DNA of 63,945 nucleotides, counting the filler, from Bipalium vagum (Eukaryota), in the NCBI GenBank assembly GCA_037834085.1. It is 4 parts of 4 records of this genome, joined end to end, with 100 filler letters (N's around TTAATTAATTAA, not from the genome) between each part and the next. Parts side by side here need not be neighbours in the genome. Positions count along the whole stretch, not along the records: positions 32,134 to 48,182 come from JBBMKC010130096.1; positions 48,283 to 63,945 come from JBBMKC010153425.1; 2 more parts are not named here. One strand, given 5' to 3'. The notes below the pieces were generated by a model that ran no database searches, was not told the origin of the DNA, and saw nothing but the letters and a program-made list of their open reading frames with translations. A program made the position numbers and the translations under genes. This document shows positions 37,033-52,139 of this stretch, piece after piece. How positions within the stretch are numbered: the stretch's first letter is position 1; every line of letters starts with the position of its first letter.

Positions 37033-38644
37033 CCGTAAAATCCCACGTATGATACGCAGCCAAATTTTGAAAAAATAATAAGGTTAAATAAGTGAGATTT
37101 TCATTTTTTATAAACAAACCATATATTTTATGAAAATACAGATAATTAACAAGTCAGTGAGACATCTTCGTCTTCAGAGCACCTAGAAAGATGTACTCTA
37201 AAATCATCCTCTTCAATATCTTCTTTCTCTCCATCATAGTAGACTTTCACCATCATCATCTTCTGAGAATTTTTTCCTATACTTCTTCGAATAAATAAAA
37301 GTTCTCAGTCCCGTCTAATTTATTTGAAATTCCACATTTTAAGAATCCCTTCCGAATGATATCTTCATCGAAATCATTCCAGCATGTTAGTATCAACTCG
37401 GTAATTTTGTGAAGTAAAATTTTACTCATGCGGTAAAAGTATGTTCCCCATCACTAAGCCAATCACTCAAACGCATTCTTAAGACATCCTTTAATAGCTT
37501 GTTGATAGATACGTCAAGAGACTGCAGTATTTTGGTCATGCCACCTGGAATGATTACTAAATCTGATTTAATTGCTTTGATCTTTTCTTTAAATGATAGC
37601 ATCCGATGAGTGTAGAAAGAGTCCAGGACTAGCATTGATCTTTCTCCTTCTTGATGCCATGGACAAACTCCTCAGACAGATTTCAGCCAGTTCAAAGTTA
37701 AGGTTTAGTCCATGCACCCTTTAGGATGAATTTTTACATAAATACCTTTTGGAAATTTTATCCCTTTTGGGAGAGTTTTTCTTTTAAAAATTATTTAAGC
37801 AGTTAGCTTTCCACCGCTAGTACTGCATACAAGTATAACTGTGAAACGTGATTTTTCACTCCCTATAAACCTTGTTGAATTTTTTGTTGTCAATTGTTAA
37901 GTGAGGTAAGTGAAATCTGGTCAGTATTCCAGATCTGCATAAGATCATAATTGTTATTTTTCCTTAAATTAATAAAATACAATTGAAGTTTATCTTCATG
38001 ATCGTCTGGAAGACATTGTGAAATGTTTTTCTTCGAACTGATAGATTAAAAGGCTTCATAAACAGAATTACCCATCCATAAGAATCTTTAAAAATAGCGT
38101 TGTTTGGAAAGCTTTTTTGTAATTCTAAAGCTTTTTAACCCAGCTCTGTGCCCGAAATTCATATAATATGTTGTCTTTTGGCACAAACCCATTTTAAGTC
38201 CGGAAAAATTCATTAGCTCATCAATTAGCCATTTTTTGAATGGCATATGTACCTTTTTCCCATAGAAGTACGTTTGTTTCATTTACGGAAAAATGTCGAC
38301 TTGAAGCTCGATTACTCTAGGTTTCAGAAAATTAAAATTCGAGAATTTTCGGCGGCAGAGTTATTTCTTGTATTTACTTTCTTACTATAACAAAATAACA
38401 GTATAAAAATTATTAGAACTAAAATAACTATCTTACTTTCAAATTTCAGCTTAAAACAATTAATCAAAAAGTAGTTCAAAAATATTTATAAATAACCCAA
38501 TATATTTAAATATATGTGCTCTAAAGATTTAATAATAATTATGATTCAATGTTTATGATTTCAATGATTCATTTCACTCTTGTATAATAATAATGAGGGG
38601 AAAATGAGATAAAATAAGTGCGTATTATACCTAAGATGTTACGG
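37033..38644 (-). mobile_element. Decayed POGK-like pogo element
   Basis: TIRs CCGTAAAATCCCACGTATGATACGCA and revcomp CCGTAACATCTTAGGTATAATACGCA with TA flanks; LVLDSFYTH, IPGGMTKILQSLDVSINK, KCGISNKLDG. Confidence 0.9.
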
Positions 38645-41363
38645 TATTGCTATAATTATATTATTTAGATTATAAAAGATATTTCATAAAAGTTGAATAT
38701 TGCTAAGCATACAAAGAAAAAAATATCATTGAACTTAATTTTCAATAATTAAAAATTGAAAAATCTCATTGGCAAAAAATACATGATTTTGAAAAATATA
38801 TTAAATTTTTGAAGATTTTATTATTTTGCCAAATAGCAGAAACATTTCATTATCCGTAGTTATCATTTTATGATGAAATATTTTAAGAGAAATTTTTATT
38901 TAAAAATATATAATATTTTAATTTTTCTTAAAAGAAATTATTTAGCTTAGTAAAACAATCACTTATTTTGAATTTAGTCATTTATTTGGAATGCTGAGGT
39001 TACAATGTACTTCAGACGATTAGTTGGTTCAGGCCAAATATGATACTTATGAATGTTGTAACTGTACTACTGTATTGAGAATTTAAAACTTAACAATGAA
39101 GTCAGTCGAAAATGTTAAAATTTGAGAAATTTGTGATTTTTTCATGATTATTTATTTGTTTGTTCCATTTTCAAATAAATCCAAACAGCAGGCAAATTTG
39201 AACATAAGATTTTTGATTTGTTTGTTTAAATAAATAATAACTATTGACTTATTTAGTAAATAAACGTGAAAATATATCAGATTACCAAGATACAATATAT
39301 TGGTTTTCAAAAGGACAAAAGAAAAACCTTTTTTGTTTTTCAAGCAGTTCTGCATATTTATTGTCCCAGGATATTAGAGATTAGAGCATAAAACATTTCA
39401 TTATAAAAGTATATAATTTAAAATAAACATTCTTCATTCAGTTCTTTTATAAAATTATTTTCATCTTGTTTCATCAAAAAGATGTGTTCATAATACTGTT
39501 GTCATTCATGTCACCAACATTATATACGAAGATAGTAATTAAATAAATTATCAATCAAAAGAATTTTGAAATGATTTTTCCTTTTAGAGACAGAAAGACT
39601 AAAAATCTCTTTTCAGAGTTAAAAAATGCTTTTCTTAATATGTAGAAAGACTAAATAAATAGAGGAATATGAATGAATGGAAGATATGAAGACCTGATGA
39701 CATAATTTTAAACATCTTTTCATTTCTTCAATTTTGATAAATGATTACAAGAAAACACTAAAATTATATAATTTATATTTATATATTTTTTTTATCGATT
39801 TTAATATTGTATATTTTTTATTTTATAAAAAAATAGGTAATATTAAAAAGATTTAAAATAACGAATAACAAGAATTGACATATTTTCTTAATATTGTCTT
39901 AAAAATTTTGATAACTTTAAACTTTATGTTAACTTTAAAAATTATAAAAATATGATGGAAAACTGGTAGAGTAGAAAAATTAAATAAAATATTTGAATAT
40001 ATTTAAAAAATAAATTTGGTGACATTTTTACGTTCTGTACCTAAGTTCTAAGGACAGAGACTTACTTACTTTCTGTACTGTCATTTTTGAGTTTATATAG
40101 GTCGTAATTTTTGTTTTTTTATTATCAAAAAATATTAAAAGGAACTTACTTTTACAGTTTCACTAAAAAATTTATAATAGGTCATTGAAGAAGGATATTT
40201 GTTTGATTTATCTTACAAACCCAACATCATGAGTGTCATAAAATGACATTGTGTATGAAAGATAATTAAAGAGATCTGATAACCTCTACTTTATCCTCAA
40301 ACTCTCAAGCTGTCAAGTGGTAATTATTGTAAACATCAAAAATAAAAGTTTTATTGTTTTATTTTATTTTATTATTCTGACATGTTTAAAGAAGATTGAA
40401 CATTAAATTATTAGTAATATCATGTAATTGATTTAGGCAGGTTTAGTCTTTTGTGATTTATTTTTAGCTTTCTTTACTTTTTTCTTACATTTATTAATTT
40501 TTTCGAAGAAATTTTTGATAGTTTTTTTTTTTAAGATTTTACTGATCTGAAAACTGAATATAATAATATTATCAGTTATTTTTTATTTAATATTGATGTT
40601 GAGAAAGGTTAAATGTTTATTGTAGAAAAAGCAAATGATAAAATAAAAATAAAATAAATATTCAGAAAATATATTTTACAATTGAAGTTATGATTATTCA
40701 TATCATTTATTTTATTTATTATAAGAAAAACGAAATCATAAAGTAGCTTCAAGGCTCACGGGAATATATTAAATTAAAAAATATTTAATTTATTGTTTTA
40801 TTAAAGTCAAAAGAGTGGGCAGAGTCTTTCAAAATTAACATTGTTTATTTTTGCATTTCATAATAAATTTTTCTTCAAATCTCACTTTATAATTTTGTTG
40901 GATATTTTTGGGAACGGGAAAAGAGAAAATTGTTTTAATTTTTGTAAGCAATATTTAGCTTGATAAGTTAATTTGATTCGTTCGTTATCAAGTAAAAATG
41001 AATGATTTTTTTGGAAACATTTATATTTGCATTATAGTAATAAAAAAAGATTTTCTGCATCTGTCTACCAAAAACTAACAGAGTGGAATGGCTTGAGATC
41101 TGAAAATTTTATTCAAGTAAGTGATGCAAATATATTTTCCATTCAAAATTTGATTATATTTGTATTGTTTAAATATCATTTCTAACTTTTATTTTTATAT
41201 AGAAATATTTTATAATTTTATTAAGATTGTTTCATTAATCATTTATCTTTATTTACTGATCATTATATATGAGAATTTTAAAATATTTCTCAATAGTCTG
41301 TATTTTTGTCCAAAGATATTTACATGAATGAAAGAATTATTTATTGTTGAAAAATTGTATTTA

Positions 41364-42300
41364 CAGTGGGGTTCGGATAATTTCAATTCATCTAATCCAT
41401 ACAGTTTCTAAATTCGCATTTTGTAATATGAGTTTATTATTTGAATGATTTAAAAAATCCGTATTTTCTTCTAATCCAGAACGAAAATAAAAAATATTAA
41501 TTAAATTATTAAGAAAATTGACAATATTATTCAAAATGAAAAATAATAAAAAAAAAGATAATAATTTAATTTAATATTTTAATTAATTTAAATATGAATT
41601 AGAAACCTCAAAAAAATAAAATATCCTTGAAATGTAAATATGAAACTATTCAATATATTGAGAGTCTTGGACTTAATAATAATAATAATAAAAGTTTAAA
41701 TGAAAATATTGCTCAAAAGTAAGATATAAAATCGACGACTTTAAGTGATTTACTGAAGGCAACAAATTACAAAAAAATTAAAGTCTCATACATGGGGAAT
41801 GTTTATCTTGTTCTTTACAAAGAATCAAATATTCCAAATATAAGTTGACAAACAAATCCGTTTATCAATGATTTTCTGAAGAAATTATGGACCAGATAAA
41901 AATATAACTGTGAAAATACTAAGAATTTATCTGCCAAAGAATTAAATAAATATGTTAAGGGAAAGAAACAGATGTGGATTGGATTAATCAATGGAAAATA
42001 AAGTAGTAAATTATATCCACAAATCTTTTTGGATGTAATTTCATAATTCCTCTGTAATGCCAGAATTTGTAGATACATGATTGTTGTACATGCCAAAATA
42101 AAAAAATATCTTCTATTTTGCAAAAATTTGAATCAATCAAAATTTCAAATTTTGATGAATGTGGACTGACGATTTATTCCTGAAAGAATCTTATCACTTA
42201 GAAGGATTGCTGGAATTCTGAAAACCATTTATGAACGCAGCTTTTTGATGATGATTCATTCGGAAAGAACAAACGAAGTCGATCAAAATATTGATTTGGT
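41364..42300 (+). mobile_element. 5' part of a Tigger-like pogo element
   Basis: TA+CAGTGGGGTTCGGATAA TIR-like start; psq-HTH-like KISLKCKYETIQYIE..IKSTTLSDLLK; NFDECGL..IPERILSL..ERSFL. Confidence 0.65.
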
Positions 42301-43282
42301 GTAAGGCTAAATTTAAAATCATTCTAAACTATCAAATGATAATTTTCCCTTTAAAGTTTCATTTGATTTATAACTCCTTTTTCAAATGTTTACTTATTTA
42401 AAATAAATTCATTAATTAGATTGATTAAAATGATTTATATTACTTCGAGGTCGCAATTGATGATTATGTCAGTTATATACTCGAATATCGCCTAAAGTAC
42501 CGGCCTCCACAAACTTTCCAGCACACACGTATTACCAATGTAATGGATAACCTAACATTATTACACAGTACTTTTATTCTATATCATCTGTATTTTATGA
42601 GATCAATTGAATCATACAGTTTTCACAGTCAGTTTTAGAATCTAATTTTAGACCATTAAGAATTATGTATGTGTAACATATTCCTTGACCTCTTCAATCG
42701 TATCAATTGCTAAAAGTAAAATATGGAATCAATCTTTAGACTGCATTATTCTTGATACTTTTCTAATCTATATACATATATTTCCATTTACTTTTAAATA
42801 AATTCAGAACTTATTTCTGCTTAAATATGGTAGTTTTAAGACACTTGTTGTATTGGATCTATTTTCATTTCTCGTTTAAAATCTCTTACAAGTAGACTTC
42901 ATTTAGTTTTATCAGCAAATTACAAATGAATGTTTGGTATGATTTTTATTTAAATATTTTTTTTATACTTTATTTTATATTTTAAGCTCTGTCACTGTTA
43001 CAATTGATGATAAGATTATCTTGCTTGATTTCGTTATATTTTTCATCTAAAGTTAGACAACTGTAGGTAAATCATTGACAAAATACAAGGAATTATTTTT
43101 TTAATAAATGAAGCCGCAAAAATATTTTGGAGTTTGGCCAAACTTTTCCTGTTATCAAAGTTAGAAAAAATTAATTTTTGTCTTTAAAAGATTAAAATCA
43201 TTTTTTAACAATAATTTATATCATTTGAATAAATTCCATATTCCTACTTTTAAAAGGTTGGATAATTATTATAACTATATTG

Positions 43283-43305
43283 TTATTATTATTATTATTA
43301 TTATA

Positions 43306-43362
<57 letters not shown>
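43283..43362. repeat. (TTA)n microsatellite
   Basis: Direct reading. Confidence 0.95.
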
Positions 43363-43618
43363 TTAATAAGATTTGAATATTTACCTGATTATTTAATCTC
43401 AGCTTTTAAATTTAATATTTCCACAATTTTTGTTATTTGTTAATCTCCAAATATTAGAATTTTCTTGATTGAATAGAATAAGAAATGTAATTCACTCTAA
43501 TATCGGAACAGTTTACCGTTCTATTTTAATAAATTCAAAATAATTTAAATTATTGTTTGAAGCATTTGATCGAGAATTGTTGAATTATATTTATTTATAA
43601 AGGAATAGACTTATAATA

Positions 43619-44852
43619 TTAGGTGTATTATTATGATTTCGGCTTTTGCAAAAATGAGTTAAAATTTTAAAATAAATTAAATTAGTATCATATCTTATTT
43701 GTAAGATCATATATTAATAATTCAATAAAAACATTCAATAACTTTATTTAAACAATACAGAAATTCAAAGTGGCCAATTTTTTTCAAAATAAACCTCATT
43801 TGTGGGAAATAATGTTTCATTGCTTTTTTGCAAAGAAAACATGTACAAAAACACACCACTTGTTGATAGAAGCTTAGGACAAAATATGCTCCTTCCGCTA
43901 CGACATGCATAGAATAGTTTTACCGATTCAAGAATGATGATGATGACGATATCATGGACAAAGAGCATGGTAAACCACAAGTGTTTGAAGATAAAGAATT
44001 GGCCCAATTACTAATTGAAGGCCCATATCAAACGCAAACTGAACTGTTCGTTGTGTTAATGTGAATCAAGGATGCATTTCCCGACTTATCAGAATTATGG
44101 AAATGATTAGGAAATTAGGTAAATGAATCCCACATATATTGACGGAAAGAGATTTTGAAAGGCAACTTACAATTTATGATATCCATCTTCATAGCAACAA
44201 AGAAAAATTATCTTGTTCAGGATTGTAACTTGAGACGAGACATTGATTCGATATGACAAACCAAAATGTAAAGCATCTTTGGTGAAGCGTGGCGAACCGA
44301 GTACATCAACGTCCAAATAGAATATCCATGGATCTAAAGTGATGCTGTGTATCTGGTGGGATCAAAAAGGTGTGATTGTTGAAACCATCTGAAAAGATGA
44401 CTGATGAATGTTATCGATCTCAATTAATTCATTTGAAGGAGTTCTGAAAGAGAAAAAGTCAGAATGGGCTGACAGACATGATAAGATAATTTTACTACAC
44501 GATAACGCCAGACCGCATGTTCATTCTATTGTAAATAATTACTTAGAAGTTTTACATCACCCACTATATTCACCAGATATTACTCCTTCGGAGTTCCATT
44601 TGTTCCGCTCGATAAATTTAAGCGATTTCTGGGAAGGTGTTCAGTTCCGAGGAAGACCTTCAAAAATGTATTAATACCAAATGGACTTCTTCAAAAGAAC
44701 CAGAATTTTTCGTGGAATCCATTCGTTGCCTGAAAGATGGTCCAATGTCATATCTATAAATGGAAAATATTTTGATTAGATATTATTAAATAAAACTTTA
44801 AAAATGTATTTTTTTTATTTTTAAAAAAGCGGGAATCAAACTAATACATTAT
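43619..44852 (+). mobile_element. Full-length decayed mariner (Mos1-like motifs)
   Basis: TA+TTAGGTGTATTATTATGATTTCGGCTTTT TIR with degenerate partner ~44823-44852; IPHILTERD, IVT*DE, KVMLCIWWDQKGVI, HDNARPHV, HPLYSPDITPSEFHLF. Confidence 0.9.
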
Positions 44853-47800
44853 TTATAAAAATTTTCTGACTCAAAAAATAGACTGGTTAAAAACGAATAA
44901 TTGGAGATGAATTATAAAAAATGTGGAATTTAAAAACTTTATTAAAAAAATTATATAATTCATTTTTATAATGTTTATTATCAACAAACAAAGATGTCAG
45001 ATCATGTACCAGAAATTGTATATTATATTTCAAAATCCATAAAAAGAATTCCAAAGCTTATAATTGAACATTTTAATCTGTGCGCGAAACTTGATATTAA
45101 TTATTGATATTAATAAAATTGATATTTTCAGTCCACTAAAAAAGCCCAAAAATTGATAAAATTTTTATTTTCCATATTCTTTTTGAAATAGTATAATCTT
45201 AAAAATTGTAAAGATGCTGTTGCCCTTTGATTTTAATAAGGTTAATTTGATTATTTGTTTTTTTGCAATAGCTAAAAAATCAATGGACATGTATAAGAAA
45301 TACTCATTAGTGTGAAATTATTACCATAAAATAATTTTTTAGAATTCAATTTTTTATAAACCAAGAAAACCAACAAATAATTAATTTTATCAGAAAAAAA
45401 TAAATAATAGTAATAAAAGCCTATTATTAAGTTTTGAAATCAAATTGAAATTTTTATTATTATTAATATTAATATTATTATATATCATTACATAATTTTC
45501 TGAATTTGATCAAACCTTGGAATAAAAGTTTTTCCTTTTAACACAAACATTCTTCTGTCTGTTATTTTTTATTGTCTGAAATTGAAACAATGAATTTACA
45601 GTCAACAATAGAAGTTTCGGAAAATTGTGGATATTATGTGATTATTATATAATTTCACGAGTGAAAAATATCAACAACTCTTCGAGAAATTAATATTGTT
45701 TTCAACTTTTTTCAAAATTCCCAAGAAAAACTTTATTGTTAAACTTTTAAAACTCTATAGAAATAGTTAAAGAAGATTATCAATTGATTTTAGTAGACTT
45801 GCAAAGTGATATTGGAAAGAGTTCTGACCTGAAATTGACAAATATTTATATTTGAGATCATTTTTATTTTTTAACCAATAAACCACTATTTCTTTAATTT
45901 CTTCCTTTAATATATTATACAGAATGCTTATAAAGTAGGTAAGCAATTCTAAAATGTAATACCGTAAAACATATTTGACATAAGACTGCTTATTTTTGAC
46001 ACAGTTACATTTATTTATTAAAATTTAATATTTTTCTACAGAATGATTTAATTACTTAATTTTCAACTAATACACTTAAACGTATAAGTGATTATGAAAG
46101 TCATTCATAAAATTTTCATATTTCTGGTGATATTCTAGTTGCCTCTATTTGAATTCTATTCAGATCTTATCTTTTATCTTTCAGATCTTGGATATCTCTG
46201 TTTTCTTCTATATAACTGTCTTTAGATGTCGCCACAGGAAGAAATCAAATGGTTCTAGGCCCAATCTTTAAAAAATTCCTTCGAATTAATTGTCCTAGTT
46301 GCACAAAATACTATATGCAGCGTTTATTAAAGAATATTTTTATTTTTATTTTCAGATTTTCTAATTTGAGTTTAAGCTTCATGAGTTTGTTATCCTCACA
46401 AGACTTTATGATAGTAAGTATCAAATATCAGTATCAAATTGTATTTGTTTTACATTGTTTTTATAATTTTACTTAGTTTTAGAGATCATATTAAAAAATA
46501 TATTCGCTTTATCCACAATTTTCATTGTTACGCTATTAAATTACTATGAACCTTGTCGTAACACTTAGCTCGTAAAGTTTACTGACCCCTTCACTTTTGT
46601 TAAAACGTTTACGCAAATGAATGAATCAAAACAACTAAAAATAACACTTTATAATCAAAGTTATTACCACAATGAATCACTAAAGAATAATAATAAAATT
46701 TTTACAATCACACAATCAAATTTTTCAATAATCGATCAAACTAAAACCAAAATGTCTTAATAAAAAAGAATAATCAATTAAACAATTAAATTAAAATGTT
46801 AATAAAATATCAATTAAATTATAAAAAGAACAAAGAAAATTACAATATCCTCACGAATTCTGTCAACGGCGGGTCCAAAGGGTGGTTTGCTAAGCCCAAT
46901 TCGGTTCGCTCAGAAACCCCCTAAAGCGCAGGACCCATCGTAAACTCCTGTGGCATAGTTGAGGCATAAAATAAATAAATTACAAATTTCTTCCAAGATA
47001 ATGTTTCTTCTGACAAATATCTCCGACAATATAATATGCTTCTTCCGACAAATTTCTCCAAATAAAGTTTAAGTCAAGATTTCTTGTTGTGGCAATCCGC
47101 TGCGGATTCAAACTCTTTAAATACTATTCTGGTCAAACTATCAATCAATCGTAGACTAGTTTTATCACTGGGAAATGCCAATTCTCTTTTTAGATCTTTA
47201 TTCCTAAATCGGTCCCTTTTTGTGGATCCTGGTCTAATCTTGGCAATTTAGCTTCGTCATTGTCAAAATTAGATCAGTTTTTGAAAAAAGATAAATTAAT
47301 ATTTTATTATTAATATTATTATAATTAATTTTTCCACTTTTAATTAATTATAATTATTATTTTTAGTATTATTATTATTATTTTGCTTCTGGCCATTTTG
47401 CGGTCTTAATAATTAATTTATAATAATTATAAATATTCTAGACCCTTTTGCGGTCTTTAACATATTGTTTCTAGGATTAACAAGGATGTGTTCTTGTCTA
47501 ACCCAAAAATTGGAAATTAAAGGTTTTCATTGTGTATATAAATATACATCATCTTACCAGATTATCCGACGACTTATAATTCAAACAAAATATAAGTCTA
47601 AAAATAATTTGTTGTTTTAAAAATCAATTATAGTTTTTTTATGATATTTATTCGCGCACATTTTTAAATTTGAATTATCCATCTTTTTAAGGTTATTTAA
47701 TAAAAATTGACTCATTTCGGCAATCTAATTTATTTTATTTAATATATTTTTTTATATTTTATATTTAATTTTTACTATATAGTGAATTTGGAAAAAATCA

Positions 47801-47949
47801 AATATCTCTCGATTAACGATGAAAGAAAAAGAGCTGATCGAAGTCTATAAGAAGAAAAAAATAACATTATTATTTATAATATACAATCTCTTATAACAAC
47901 AATTAAAAAAAATTCTATATATTATCAGTGATAAATAATGAATGAAATA

Positions 47950-48182
47950 ACGGGTGATGTATAAAAAAGTGCACGACTTTTATCTTTCTAAAATTTGTAT
48001 TTATGCATTTTACTTTAATAGGCTAAAACTTTTGTAGCTTCGTGAAGAGTATTTAAATTATATAAATATATTTTAAAGTTAAAAATCATTATATTTAGTA
48101 TTGATTTATTCATGAAAGAAACAAATCAAAAAACACGTCGAAAACAGATTGTGGAATTTTTTCAAATGCATTCAGATAAAGC
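47950..48182 (+). mobile_element. Left end of a Tc1/mariner element truncated by the spacer
   Basis: TIR-like CGGGTGATGTATAAAAAAGTGCACGAC and ORF start MKETNQKTRRKQIVEFFQMHSDK. Confidence 0.5.
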
Positions 48183-48282
48183 NNNNNNNNNNNNNNNNNN
48201 NNNNNNNNNNNNNNNNNNNNNNNNNNTTAATTAATTAANNNNNNNNNNNNNNNNNNNNNNNNNNNNNNNNNNNNNNNNNNNN
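48183..48282. other. Artificial contig spacer, followed by (AAT)n to ~48347
   Basis: 44N-TTAATTAATTAA-44N. Confidence 0.95.
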
Positions 48283-48348
<66 letters not shown>

Positions 48349-48909
48349 TTTAATAATAACTAATAATATAATACAATTAAATCTGTCAAAGCTGGAAATT
48401 GTAATAAAATATAATACTTTTATTTATTATCTTTTTTTAAAAATAATAACTACACGTAAATTTGTTCTAACAAGAACTATAAAAAAGAATTAAGTTTTTT
48501 TATAATTGAGTATTTTTAAAAATTTAAGGTAAATGATTTTTCTGTTAACTTTCATCACAATTTTTACTACTTAATAAACAAATTTTATTCGTTTTTCAAT
48601 TAATTTTTTATTTAAATTAAAAATAATTTGAATAAAAAATTTTTTTTGTTTATATTGACAAATCAATATAAAAATGTCAATAATGGAATTTATACATGAT
48701 CGCTTGAAAATCTGCATTTAATATTACTGCATGGGATTCTTTGATAGTACTGGAAAACTTGTTAATTAAAAACATCTGCAAGATCAATTTAATCTTGAAA
48801 CTAAAAATTCAAAATCAATTGATAATTTCTTCAGAGCTTCTTGAAAATTATACGTGAAATAAATAATAATTTTCCTTTTATTTGTTTTATTACGAAGTTA
48901 GAAAATGAG

Positions 48910-50440
48910 ATTTTACATGTAGAAAAATTAAATATCAATTTTACACTTATTGCTGGAGAAATTTGTTATAAAGTAACCTGAAATATATTTTGTTGTTTAA
49001 ATCGTCATTTACTTGCTTCTCCTAACAATAAATTGTAAAATATTTTAAATTTGGAATCAAAGGTCGAGAAAAATGTCAAAATTATACAGAAAGTCTTATT
49101 TAACAAGATTTTTTTTTCACCAAAATATTGATCAAGATGAAAGGTACTCAATTCATAGAGATGTGCAATTTAACAGATTTCTCTGTATTCTGTTAACTTT
49201 CAATCCATTAACAAGATCAATAAATCAATTTAAATTAAAATTTTCCATTGTTTCTTATTGATTTAATAATTTTTGAAAAGCTCTCTATTGTTTGTGTAGG
49301 CAAAATATATTAACCAAGATTTAGGAATAAAAAGACCAGTCTAGTTTTATCATACCTCGTACCTCAGGCATTTGAAAATGTAAACATGTAGTCAAATAAC
49401 AAAAAAGTCATAAAAAAAACAAATGAAATATCCTATATAAAAATAAATTTTTTTATTGCACCTACATTAGAATAACTTCAAGGGCTAAAGATTGTTCCAT
49501 GTACATGAATGCTTGAAATCAAAATATTAAATCGTTGAAAAGAGGAACTGAGATATTCAAGCAATAAAATAAAAAATAGGAAATTAGTTAAGAAAATTCT
49601 GATAATAAACTAACAGATCCCAGTATACTTGATTATACTAATTTTGTAAAGAAGAAGATAATGATCAAAAAATGACAGCTAAATCTTTCTCTTATCAAAT
49701 GTTTATTAACAATTAGTAACAATTATTTTTTTGTAATTATCTGAATAACCACAGTACCTCAAGAAGTCAATCAGCCATCAAATAAATATACAGGGTAAAT
49801 TCATGTGAGTATTGTTGTACAACATTAGAAATAGAATTATAAAGCATTCTTACTGTCAAAGGAAATTAATTCATAGTGAAGATAAACCTCAACAAAGGCG
49901 ATAACCATTGCAGTTATAAGTTTCACATTACTCTGATCTTTTGTGGTTATTATTATTTCAACTTGGTAAAATAATTCAGAAACAATTATGTCCATCTGTG
50001 TTTGAGGCTTTGCATAATTCAAAATTTGACTTTCACTTTTATTCAAAAGAATGTTATTTTCATAAAGACTAGACAAGCAACTAACGTTATACCACCATAT
50101 TTATTCCAGGTCATGAACTTGATTCATTATTTCATATTCAAAAGTTTGAAATCCAAGAGCATTCGAAGTATGTTTCTAGAATAGCTCCTCGAAGAACATT
50201 TAACAAGGTTTTCCGAAATATTTAATCCTTTTTTCAAAATAATTAATCATTTTTTATGTATATTATGTAAAATACAACCTGGCAGAAATGAAAACTATAT
50301 ATATACGACATGAACTTAACATCATTATCTTCTGCTACTGTGAGTATTTGTAGCAAATATTATTCATTAAAATTTCTCTTGCGTGTTGAACAGAATCTTT
50401 CAAAAAATGTGGTTCCATCTGTCCTTCGTATTCGCACATT
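48910..50440 (-). pseudogene. Multi-exon decayed host gene, tentatively RMC1/Mic1-domain-like
   Basis: Several GT-AG-bounded pieces with stops; KLITAMVIAFVE, NVVQQYSHE, KDLAVIF*SLSS, QSLALEVIL, NFSSNKCK appear in the order of recalled RMC1 motifs (KFVIAVLMEY, VQHYLHE, KPLACLLLSL, QLSLDML, NFTPGEHC). Confidence 0.35.
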
Positions 50441-51022
50441 AATAATAAATAAATTAATATTATTTAAATAATTTGTATTTTTATTGATAATTTATTTATT
50501 TTATTGATAAATGACAAAAGATATTCTCAAAAAAATTGTGGAATTGACAAAAGTAATATTTTTTATCAAATTTTTTATGGACCTAATTTATGAAATTCTA
50601 ATTTATTATTAATAACCAAAATGTGATAAATTATTTAGGAATTTTCAAGTCGTTTTATTGGTCAAAATAATTTTTATTTTTAACAAATTTATTGATTCTA
50701 TTTTTTTATACCAATTTAATTTGATGAGATTATTAAATTTTAATTATTCTATTTAATTCTCAAAGTTTGGCATGATAGTTCTTATTTAATTGCCAATAAT
50801 GAAATTTATTATTTTTTCAATTTCTGCAATTAATTTTTTCTAAGATTTTAAATAAATTTAAACCAATTATAAATATATTTATTAACATGCTATAATCGTT
50901 CCAAATTTTTATAAAATCCTATTTTTAAAGTATATTTTTTTTTTGTTTGAAAGGACGAGGAAATAGTCTCATTTAAAATTATCTTTTATTTATAATTTTT
51001 GTGTTACACAGTTTTTTATTAA

Positions 51023-51926
51023 ACGTAGGTCAATCGAAAAGTTTCTGAAATGACACACAAACAGCATATATTTATTATAATTAACATAATTGTTTTTCGA
51101 AGTATTCACTCTCATAATCTATACACTTTGCATTCTGTCAAATTAGTCATTGAAACATTTATTCTAATCCAAAGTCTTTATGCCAAAAACATGTGATTTG
51201 AATATTTCTTCAGTCTGTTCAAGGCACAAAAACAGCTGTCCATACAATGGAACAAAATGTGAAGAAGTCATTTGGTGCCAAATCAGGATTATGAGATGGA
51301 TGGCTTAATAATTCATTCCCTGCTTAAATTTATCGACCGTAGCTTTGAAACAATTACCGCGATCTCGTTTTTGATTGATTGTAAGAATATGCGGCATCCA
51401 ACGAGAACATAGCTTTCTGACACCCAGGTGTTCATGTAAAATGGAATGGATTAAAGTCTGAGATATGTTAAACGATGCCTGATTTTCATTATATGTTGTC
51501 CGATGATCTTCTTCAATTAATTTCCGAACGACTTCAAAATTTTAATCGGATACACATGTTTTTGGACAACATCCTCAGAAATCATCACCCAAAGAGACAC
51601 GCCCAGACTTAAATTCATGAAACCATCTATACACTGTAGTATTTGATGAGCATCATCAGGAAATGCAAAATTTCAGCAATCGAGACATTGCTGCTATATC
51701 AATCCGTATCGGAAATCATATAAAATCATTGCTCAATCATTATAAAGTTTTGCATTGATAAATTCATATTTTCCGCTTTGTATAATATTTTTTTAAACAA
51801 ATGCGATTTTTATTATTAGATAAAAGAAATATAGTATTAAAATAACGCATCATATGTTTAATTTAATTTATTTTTTATTCAATCTTTCCATATAATGCAT
51901 TCATGAAACTTCTTAACTGCCCTGTG
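51023..51926 (-). mobile_element. Internally deleted mariner
   Basis: DFRYGL, IEEDHRTTYNE, LHEHLGVRKLCSRWMPHIL; degenerate TIRs at ~51023 and ~51926. Confidence 0.85.
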
Positions 51927-52139
51927 TATTTTTCATTTCATCAAGATAAATAAACACAAAATATTCTTTATATAAAAATATATTCTTTAATCAGAAAGAG
52001 ATACTTTTGAATTACATTTAAAAATATTAAATTTTTTAAATAATTAATTTTATTTTCCATTAAAAATTTGTTTTTTCAGAATAATATTTGTTAAAAAAAT
52101 TTTCCATAACATTTTTTATCATATATTTTCCAAAACTCA

